Origin: a virus
Direction: 5' to 3' (one strand)
DNA: 64,000 nt
IMG/VR virus record: IMGVR_UViG_3300009506_000004
Coordinates: 32,001 to 96,000 of that record
Shown here: piece by piece, positions 56,555 to 64,000 of the stretch
How the letters are laid out: each line of letters opens with the position of its first letter
Numbering within the stretch: the stretch's first letter is position 1
Notes under the pieces: generated by a model
Database searches by the model: none
Told to the model about the DNA's origin: nothing
Seen by the model: the letters and a program-made list of their open reading frames with translations, nothing else
Made by a program: the position numbers and the translations under genes

Positions 56555-57147
56555 TACACTACTCCACTAGCTAATTGTTGGAAGTCCAAGATACTATAAC
56601 CAGTAAGATTGTGGATCTGTTCTGGTATGACGCCAATCAATTCTGTACCCATTACTTCCCAAAGTGTATCAAATTCGTTATCTTTTACTTGTTTTATTTC
56701 ATATTTTTTACCACCATAAACAATCCAATCATCTTGAGCAATTTCATATCCTATCGGCAAATCTCTAGGGTCTATATAAAACCATCTTGAAGCACGATCA
56801 TACGTTCCACCATAAACAAATTGCTTATCAGATGAAATCATTGATATAGTTTGTGTTTGTGTACGTTCTATTTTTACTGGTAGTATAATAACACGTGAAA
56901 TAGTAATAACTGTTCTACCAGGCCAAGTTTTAACACCTGTTTTTGTATCAGTAGTTGGATTCCCTTGCCTATACAAGAAAATAGAACCACCATACAATCT
57001 CTTTAACTTATATATTGTATTTCTAATGCGTATTGTCACGTATCTACCTACTATCCTAGAATTTGGTGCAACTGCTTGTGGTACTAATCCTGATGGTAGT
57101 AAACCACTTCCAGGGCTTATGCCATAGCCATACATTACAATTGTCAT
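56554..57147 (-). CDS. putative head-tail joining (stopper) protein
   Basis: D..TG, DDWIVY.GKKYEIK pattern; position. Confidence 0.6.
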   Translation of the reverse strand: MTIVMYGYGISPGSGLLPSGLVPQAVAPNSRIVGRYVTIRIRNTIYKLKRLYGGSIFLYRQGNPTTDTKTGVKTWPGRTVITISRVIILPVKIERTQTQTISMISSDKQFVYGGTYDRASRWFYIDPRDLPIGYEIAQDDWIVYGGKKYEIKQVKDNEFDTLWEVMGTELIGVIPEQIHNLTGYSILDFQQLASGVV

Positions 57148-58388
57148 AGCACTTCCATTTTATTTCTTCTCTCGGCACCTTGTCCACGATATTTCTGAGA
57201 ACCATCTACATCTTCGTATATATCAGCCTGAAGTAATGGAGAACCATCATCATCATAAACAATAAGCTTACCAGTATCAGGATTTGTTTCTAATCTATTT
57301 GTAGTAATCTTTCTGGTCATTTGTACGTCTGTTCCGTCAACGAAGCCACATTTTACTACTGTTGTTCCATTACTTCCATCAGTTAATAATCCTGTTCCTC
57401 TTATAACTATATGGCCACCTGTACATGTTTCATCTAAAATAAGACATCCAGGATCCATATCAACTGATGCATAACACCCAGCTGTGAAATTTTCAAATTT
57501 TATTATACCAGAATAATTTCTTAAATTAAAATTAACATTAGAACCAAAATCAATAATAGGTGGTATATCTTCTGATATTTTACTTACACATGAATAAAAA
57601 CTAACAATAGCATCATTATCAATTACTATATCAGATTCAATGTGACATTCTCTAAAAATACCATCTAATCCAACCAAAATACCTAAAGTACATTGATCTG
57701 CTTCTATTTGGCCCTCCATTGTTCCTTCAATAGATATATTATGGAAATCACAATTATTTACATCAAAACCACCTATATTAATAGTGTCAGAAATTTCACC
57801 ACCAGTCCCTTTAAATGACCAATTTGTAATATTTCTGTCTAATGTAAAACTTCCTCTGATATTAAATGCTCTTAATTTATCTCTTACAGCTATAGTAAAA
57901 GCATCTGCTATATTATCTACAGGATTAGTTGGTGTTCCAACACCTTCGGCTGTACCAGGTACACCATTAAATTCATCTACATAAACAGCTTGTAATAATT
58001 GAGTTAAATCTAATCTAGCAACAGAAGCATCAACTAAATTAGAAACTCTGTGTGTTACAAGAACTGTATAAGTACCAAGAGTAGGAATAACTGTAGATTC
58101 ACCATAAGGATCAGTATATAAATTACCAACGATTAATAATTCATGATCAGCTTCTTGTGGTCTTATTTTCCACCCATTTATTAAAAAGTAAGTTGAACCA
58201 AGATTTTGAACATCAGAAATTGGGTCACCACCTACAGCTCTTAATGCAGGTGCCCATTTCATATTGTCATCAAGTTGTACCTCTTCCTTCCAATCAGAAT
58301 ATAAATCTACTTGTACATCCAATTCAACAACACCCGGCTTCAAAATGAATATCCGGTTTTCCCAGTCTGCTGTCCATTTTGCTGCCAT
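57144..58388 (-). CDS. putative virion structural protein
   Basis: LYS.WKE, GGDP, YFL.NGWKIRP N-domain; GT..NPV; C-terminal YDDDG. Confidence 0.65.
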   Translation of the reverse strand: MAAKWTADWENRIFILKPGVVELDVQVDLYSDWKEEVQLDDNMKWAPALRAVGGDPISDVQNLGSTYFLINGWKIRPQEADHELLIVGNLYTDPYGESTVIPTLGTYTVLVTHRVSNLVDASVARLDLTQLLQAVYVDEFNGVPGTAEGVGTPTNPVDNIADAFTIAVRDKLRAFNIRGSFTLDRNITNWSFKGTGGEISDTINIGGFDVNNCDFHNISIEGTMEGQIEADQCTLGILVGLDGIFRECHIESDIVIDNDAIVSFYSCVSKISEDIPPIIDFGSNVNFNLRNYSGIIKFENFTAGCYASVDMDPGCLILDETCTGGHIVIRGTGLLTDGSNGTTVVKCGFVDGTDVQMTRKITTNRLETNPDTGKLIVYDDDGSPLLQADIYEDVDGSQKYRGQGAERRNKMEVL

Positions 58389-58400
58389 TTAATTGATTCC

Positions 58401-60443
58401 TTATGGGTTAGAATAATTTCTATCAAATTGTTGTTGAATAGGAATAGAAGTGTTTACAGTAGGCATTAGGTAATTTTCTATTCTAATTGGAACATACTCA
58501 ATATGATGGATTATAATATCAACATATGAATTTGTATCAGCTGTAAATGTAAAACTAGTACCAGAATTTTCAACACCATCTACTTCTGTTGTAGTCCCGG
58601 CCTCATAAACTCTTACTTCTGTATTTGCTATTAAGCCAGTTAATGTAACATCAGCAGTACTATTTACTGTAGTAGAACCACCACCTGTATCATCTATTTC
58701 ATCTTCATCAATATTACTTTCAGAGGCGTTAATCGTTACTGTACTAGCACTACTATTCTCACCATGCCATTTAGGTGTACCAGTACTTCCAAAGCCAAAG
58801 AAATTTAATCTACTAGCTGTATAGGAGCCAGATGATGGGAAATGAGTATGATGTTCAATATTATTAGAAATCCAAGCTTGCCCTAAAGCAGGCCCACTTG
58901 ATACAGTAGATGTATTTCTAGCTCTAACATAATATATTGGAATTTTAGCTTCAACATCCCAATCATATGTTCCCCAATCTGATGGCAATGTCCAAGATAC
59001 AGTTTGTGAACCACTAACTGTGAACCCAGTAGTATTATCAGTAACACCACTTAAAGCTGACCAACTTGATCCATCCCAATATTCCCATGTTATAACATTA
59101 CTTGCTCTAGTAGTTGTAGTATTTACTGTTATTTCAGTAAATTTTCTCTCACTACCAAAACTAATATAATCACCAGAATAATAAGGTAAAGCAACATCGT
59201 TGGATGTAGAATTATTAATATCTGTTGTGTCTTCATATACAGGTGGATAAGCTGCTGTACTGTATATCAAACAATATTTAAGTGGTATATCAGTGTCTAC
59301 ATCTGCTATAAAATTAATTTGTTTTATTTGATGGCTACTAACAAATTCTAATCCTCTATCAGGAACTGGGCCAATAATTGTATTATTCAAAAATTCAACA
59401 GTATTTGGTTGAATTTCGCCACATTTAATAAATGTACAACCAATTATGTCTGTTATTGTTGACCCAGCAAATTGAGAAACACCCAATCTCTTAAAAGTTG
59501 TACCGTAAAAATTACAACTATCAATATCAGAATTATCTGTTTCTTGGTCTATTTCTATATAGTCACCATCACTTGAGATAACACCACCTAAAATACCCTT
59601 TCTGTCGTCACCAGATCCAATTACTTCCCCTAATTGAAAATCAGTCGTACCAGTGGAATTTCCTTGAAATACTAACTTAAAACAACCATTTTGTGATAAA
59701 GAGCCACCACGAAAATCATTATTTCTAACAAATATTTTTGCATTAGTATTATCTGTAAAATCAACACTATTTGATCCGGATCCATCACCAAAAATTAATT
59801 CACCAGTTAATAAATAACCACCTCCAGATAATGTTTGTAAAATTCCATATTTATTAGAAGTACTTTCATCATCAGCTGCAATTTCCTCAAAACCCTTCCC
59901 CGGAGTAGTATTTGTTCCTGTTATAATTAACCCTCTACCAAATCTAATTGCATCAATGAATACATTATCAGCTCTATTAGGTTTAGCTGAAGAATATGTT
60001 GATAAACCTATTCTTCTAACTGAATTCCAAGCAAAAGTACCACCACCGGCATTATAAGGATCTGTATTAGTGTCTACATATACATATTGCCAAGCTGGAG
60101 AAGGTACATAACGATAAGTACCAGGTACTCCTCTTCCTATACGGTAATAAAGCCATGCACTAGCACTATCATAAAAAATTAAATCTATTGTTGTAATTTT
60201 GGCTATTTCCATTAAACGATACCAAATTCTTACAACAGTATCTGTTAAATCTACATTACTTCCATAATCATATACTAATTCAGATGTACCAGCAGCATCC
60301 ACTTTACCAGAATAACATGAAGAACCTTGTAAATATTCATCTGTGTTATATGCAGCAGTAATATTAGTTGCATACCAGGTACCAGATTCACTAGATTCAG
60401 CTAATGTCCAATTTGTTAAGTTTGGTGTAATAGTAAGTGCCAT
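58401..60443 (-). CDS. putative receptor-binding or appendage protein C (intact, 680 aa)
   Basis: Carbohydrate-binding-like N domain, beta-helix, WEYWDG module, C-terminal QQFDRNY.NP. Confidence 0.75.
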   Translation of the reverse strand: MALTITPNLTNWTLAESSESGTWYATNITAAYNTDEYLQGSSCYSGKVDAAGTSELVYDYGSNVDLTDTVVRIWYRLMEIAKITTIDLIFYDSASAWLYYRIGRGVPGTYRYVPSPAWQYVYVDTNTDPYNAGGGTFAWNSVRRIGLSTYSSAKPNRADNVFIDAIRFGRGLIITGTNTTPGKGFEEIAADDESTSNKYGILQTLSGGGYLLTGELIFGDGSGSNSVDFTDNTNAKIFVRNNDFRGGSLSQNGCFKLVFQGNSTGTTDFQLGEVIGSGDDRKGILGGVISSDGDYIEIDQETDNSDIDSCNFYGTTFKRLGVSQFAGSTITDIIGCTFIKCGEIQPNTVEFLNNTIIGPVPDRGLEFVSSHQIKQINFIADVDTDIPLKYCLIYSTAAYPPVYEDTTDINNSTSNDVALPYYSGDYISFGSERKFTEITVNTTTTRASNVITWEYWDGSSWSALSGVTDNTTGFTVSGSQTVSWTLPSDWGTYDWDVEAKIPIYYVRARNTSTVSSGPALGQAWISNNIEHHTHFPSSGSYTASRLNFFGFGSTGTPKWHGENSSASTVTINASESNIDEDEIDDTGGGSTTVNSTADVTLTGLIANTEVRVYEAGTTTEVDGVENSGTSFTFTADTNSYVDIIIHHIEYVPIRIENYLMPTVNTSIPIQQQFDRNYSNP

Positions 60444-60452
60444 TTATCACTC

Positions 60453-62513
60453 CTACGGATTATCGTAATTTCTATCAAATTGTTGCTGAATTGGGATAGT
60501 TGTATTTATTGTAGGAATTGTATATCCTTCTATTCTAATTGGAACATACTCAATATGATGTATAATAATATCTACATCAGAACTAACATCTGCACTAAAT
60601 GTAAAACTAGTACCAGAGTTTTCAACACCATCTACCTCTGTTGTAGTTCCGGCTTCATAAACTCTTACTTCTGTATTTGCTATTAAGCCAGAAAGTGTAA
60701 TATCAGCTGTGCTGTTAACAGTAGTAGAACCACCTCCAGTATTTTCTATTTCATTTTGAGCAATATTACTTTCAGAAGCATTAATTGTAACTGTACCAGC
60801 ACTACTATTCTCACCGTGCCATTTAGGTTCACCAGCCGGGCTAGTACCGATGAAATTCAAATTACTAGCAGTAAATGTTCCTGATGATGGAAAATGGACA
60901 TGATGTTCTACAACATCATTTAAGAATACTTGTGCTAATTTAGGGATATTAGATAAAGCAGATGATATTCTTGCACGGATATAATATAACGGTGTTTCTA
61001 AATCAATGGCTACTTTTGCCCAATCACTTGGAGGATCGAAAGTAACATCTTGTAAACCACTTACACTAAAACCACCAGTATCATCTACCAAACCACTGAG
61101 AGGTTCCCAAGAATCACCATCCCAATACTCCCATACTATTAAACCATCAGCTCCAAAACTCCAGCCACTATTACCACCTTGATCAAGGACTGTGCCATCA
61201 GTAGCATCTATTGCAGAAGTAACATATGTACATACAGAATCTAAAACATTACAATATGATGCTGACCCGGTTATTCCACTTGCTAAATTAAAATTTAAAT
61301 TATCAATATTTAATTGAGTACCATTAACTCCACCTAAAGTTAATATGCCTCCATCTAAATCAAATGTTCCATCATTCATATCATAATCAGTACCATTATG
61401 AAATCTAAATCCAGTAGATCCATTTATGCTTACATTTCCATCACTCCAAACTGTATATCCAGCTAGGTCAAAATCACCATCTATACCAGTGAAAGAATCT
61501 GTATATAAATCTGAAGCAAGTGTCAAACTACCACCAGATTTATTTACTTCAATATCATCTAAAATACTCCCATAATTATCAGTAAATATTTGATCATTAG
61601 TACCAGAAAAAATTATAGTACCTGTTCCTTTTGACCAATAACTATCAGTAGAATTATAATCAATATAAAGATCACCTTGAAATTCTAAATCTGGATTATT
61701 GATAGAACAATTAAAATGTACTTCATTAGAACCAGATACTAACCCTATTCTGCATTCATCTGTAAAAATGGGACAAGTTGAACCAACTCTAATTTCTACA
61801 TCAGCATCATTTCCTTGTGTACTAAACCATATAGGTATATTTATTGTCCCTGTTCCACTTAGCAAAAATGGACTTGATGCATCATCGCCCCAAATAGAAT
61901 ATGTTATAGCTGCATCACCATTTAAACTACCATTTACAACAGCTTCTTTTAGGATAATTATACCAGGTTCTTCTGGTGGATCGGTGTTATTACATATTAA
62001 GATTGCATTATTTTCTATAATTAATTTATTTATTATTTTTATACCAACTCCAAAATCTAAATAAGTAGCACCATTAACTATGGTTAAATCATATAAAGCA
62101 TTAGTTTTCCCACAATTATGTGTATTATAAGAACCTGTTAATCTTATATGTGATGTACCATAAGTCCAGGTACCTTGAGTATAACAATAAAAATTTCCAC
62201 CTACTGTTAATGTACAATTACCTAAATCTACAGCAGAAGTAGAACCAGCAAAATTACAACTATCAATTATATTATGACTATAAGAAGAATCAGCAAAATC
62301 TAATAAACCATCAAAACTTGTTATTACAATTTTATAACAATCTATTGCTATATCAGTAATACAAGTTCCACTACCAGTATAAGATCCATCAAATGTAGCT
62401 GTATCTGCTGTCCCAGGTACACCAGCACCACCCGAACCACCAGATGATGTTGACCAATTACCTGAATTATTCCAATAACTACTTGATGCACCAACCCAAT
62501 ATAATATAGCCAT
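60453..62513 (-). CDS. chimeric appendage protein B (foreign beta-helix N part plus C-type C-terminus)
   Basis: YWVG...NWS..SGG.GGA.VP...D...FD start; the last 232 aa are paralogous to protein C. Confidence 0.75.
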   Translation of the reverse strand: MAILYWVGASSSYWNNSGNWSTSSGGSGGAGVPGTADTATFDGSYTGSGTCITDIAIDCYKIVITSFDGLLDFADSSYSHNIIDSCNFAGSTSAVDLGNCTLTVGGNFYCYTQGTWTYGTSHIRLTGSYNTHNCGKTNALYDLTIVNGATYLDFGVGIKIINKLIIENNAILICNNTDPPEEPGIIILKEAVVNGSLNGDAAITYSIWGDDASSPFLLSGTGTINIPIWFSTQGNDADVEIRVGSTCPIFTDECRIGLVSGSNEVHFNCSINNPDLEFQGDLYIDYNSTDSYWSKGTGTIIFSGTNDQIFTDNYGSILDDIEVNKSGGSLTLASDLYTDSFTGIDGDFDLAGYTVWSDGNVSINGSTGFRFHNGTDYDMNDGTFDLDGGILTLGGVNGTQLNIDNLNFNLASGITGSASYCNVLDSVCTYVTSAIDATDGTVLDQGGNSGWSFGADGLIVWEYWDGDSWEPLSGLVDDTGGFSVSGLQDVTFDPPSDWAKVAIDLETPLYYIRARISSALSNIPKLAQVFLNDVVEHHVHFPSSGTFTASNLNFIGTSPAGEPKWHGENSSAGTVTINASESNIAQNEIENTGGGSTTVNSTADITLSGLIANTEVRVYEAGTTTEVDGVENSGTSFTFSADVSSDVDIIIHHIEYVPIRIEGYTIPTINTTIPIQQQFDRNYDNP

Positions 62514-62515
62514 AA

Positions 62516-63862
62516 TTAAATTCTCACAGTACTAGTATTTATACCTAATTTTGAAAAATGACTACGAGAGCCAAAAACAATATGCCCTAGATATGAACTA
62601 TCTGCTACAATAACATCATCTGATGTAGAATCATTTGCTTCATCAGTATATTCAGTATATGCACTAGTTACAGTACTGTAATGATATACTTTTCTAATTG
62701 GTTGATCTTCAGTTGTGCCAGCGATGAAATCAATTTGTTTTATTTGATGTCCACTTACAATTTCTAATCCACGATCAGGAACTGGGGCAATAATTGTGTT
62801 ATTTAAAAATTCAACAGTATTTGGCTGAATTTCATCACACTTAATGAATGTGCAACCAATGGCTTCTTGAGTTGTTGAACCAGCCATTTTTATATTACTA
62901 GCATTTTCAAATGTTACACCATACAAATTACAACTATCAATATCTGAAGAATCTGTTTCTGAATCAAAAGTAAATTTTTCATCTTCAGAAACAAATGTTG
63001 GGCCTAAAGCACCTTGTCTATCGTCACCTGTCCCATTTAATACACCTAATTCAAAATCAGTAGTCCCTGTAGCATTTCCTACAATTGAAATATTATAAAT
63101 TCCAGTATTATCTAAAGTACCAACTATTTTTTCGTTGGTTCTCATAAAAATAACAGGTGCATCTGTATCTGTAAAATCTACACTACTTGACCCAGAAGAA
63201 TCACCAAAAATTAATTCACCAGTTAAAAGATAAGCACCACCTTCTAATTTTTGCAAAATACCATATTTATTAGAAGTGCTTTCATCAGTATCTGCAATTT
63301 CTGCAAATCCTTTTCCAGGAATAGAATTCGTACCAGTAATAATTAACCCACGACCATATCTTATAGCATCAATAAAGACATTATCTGAACGCGCTGGTTT
63401 AGTAGTCATAAAGCATGACATACCAATTTTTCTTAATGTACTAAAGCTAACAGTACCACTACCAGTATCAAAAGGTGTATTTACATCAACTACATAGTAA
63501 TTCCAACCTTCTTTAGTTACATCATTACCACCAACATACCATTCTCCCCAGTTCCCAGATCCATCAACCACGTAAATACGTATACCACCATTAGCTTTAG
63601 AATAATATTTATTTATTTCGCCATGTCTAGCCCAAATTCTAATAACTTGATTTGAAAGGTTTTGATTACTCCCATAATTATAAATCATATAAGAGCGAGT
63701 GGCAGCAGTTTTTACAGTACAAGACCAACAAGATGATCCTTGTACATATTCATCTGTGTTTTGCCCCCAACCATTATTAACTTGTAAAACTTCCCAAGAA
63801 CCTGATTCACTAGATTCAGCCAATGTCCAATTTGTTAAATTTGGTGTTATAGTAAGAGCCAT
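62516..63862 (-). CDS. truncated appendage protein A (paralog of the N-terminal two thirds of C)
   Basis: Starts MALTITPNLTNWTLAESSESG like C, with GAGGA RBS; the ORF track start at 63946 adds 28 aa. Confidence 0.75.
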   Translation of the reverse strand: MALTITPNLTNWTLAESSESGSWEVLQVNNGWGQNTDEYVQGSSCWSCTVKTAATRSYMIYNYGSNQNLSNQVIRIWARHGEINKYYSKANGGIRIYVVDGSGNWGEWYVGGNDVTKEGWNYYVVDVNTPFDTGSGTVSFSTLRKIGMSCFMTTKPARSDNVFIDAIRYGRGLIITGTNSIPGKGFAEIADTDESTSNKYGILQKLEGGAYLLTGELIFGDSSGSSSVDFTDTDAPVIFMRTNEKIVGTLDNTGIYNISIVGNATGTTDFELGVLNGTGDDRQGALGPTFVSEDEKFTFDSETDSSDIDSCNLYGVTFENASNIKMAGSTTQEAIGCTFIKCDEIQPNTVEFLNNTIIAPVPDRGLEIVSGHQIKQIDFIAGTTEDQPIRKVYHYSTVTSAYTEYTDEANDSTSDDVIVADSSYLGHIVFGSRSHFSKLGINTSTVRI

Positions 63863-63956
63863 TGGTTCCTCATTTGTTTTTACATTTGCATATTGTTTTA
63901 AAATTAATCCAGATTTTGCCGATAAGTTTTTCTTTTTACGGGGCATAATTCGACAA

Positions 63957-63982
63957 AATTGGGCTAGAAAACTAGCTCAATT
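63957..63982 (-). terminator. hairpin, possible terminator of an upstream gene
   Basis: AATTGAGCTAG-TTTT-CTAGCCCAATT. Confidence 0.4.
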
Positions 63983-64000
63983 CCTTTTATGGATTAGAGT

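Noticed and set aside
61152-62521. Intron, intein or ribosomal bypass as the explanation of the insert
   Set aside because: The insert is almost entirely coding for a beta-helix protein, has no splicing motifs, and is far longer than known hops
498-63497. Short plus-strand ORFs antisense to minus-strand genes, and short minus-strand ORFs inside the primase operon
   Set aside because: Shadow frames of well-supported genes, with no motifs or RBS
1-64000. Stop-codon reassignment
   Set aside because: Long genes are intact in code 11; TAG and TGA end genes at tight overlaps; no suppressor tRNA seen
1-64000. CRISPR array or diversity-generating retroelement
   Set aside because: No regular repeat-spacer array and no reverse transcriptase; differences between the paralogs I compared are not adenine-specific

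Overview
AT-rich segment of a large tailed dsDNA phage (Caudoviricetes). Tail tube genes, a frameshifted chaperone and a tape measure point to a siphovirus-like tail. Almost all genes are on the minus strand; one three-gene island (primase-helicase, DUF5664-like diphosphohydrolase, DEDDh exonuclease) is on the plus strand. From right to left the window holds: tail and receptor-binding genes (43.6-64 kb); the plus-strand replication island and a divergent regulatory region (39.5-43.6 kb); ParB, SSB-like and tRNA/ncRNA cluster 2 (35.7-39.5 kb); replication and nucleotide genes (SNF2, RNA ligase, PolA, intein-containing NrdJ, sigma factor, DNA ligase, ThyX, MazG, two methyltransferases, Bcs1-like AAA ATPase, PurF) among many small hypotheticals; and tRNA cluster 1 (6.3-7.2 kb). 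Capsid, terminase and lysis genes are not recognisable here. The most notable signals are: (1) a precise 1,370-bp gene-sized insertion splitting a receptor-binding paralog; (2) unusual tRNA-like RNAs, namely Y-RNA-like elements, an 8/4 allo-tRNA-like element next to an antitoxin-like peptide, C33 tRNAs and tRNA-Ile(UAU), alongside an RNA ligase; (3) a Pro1 class-3-like intein; (4) a Tat-signal paralog of a tail protein plus a Bcs1-like ATPase; (5) duplicated tail tube genes. All calls come from motif reading by eye; no database search was run.
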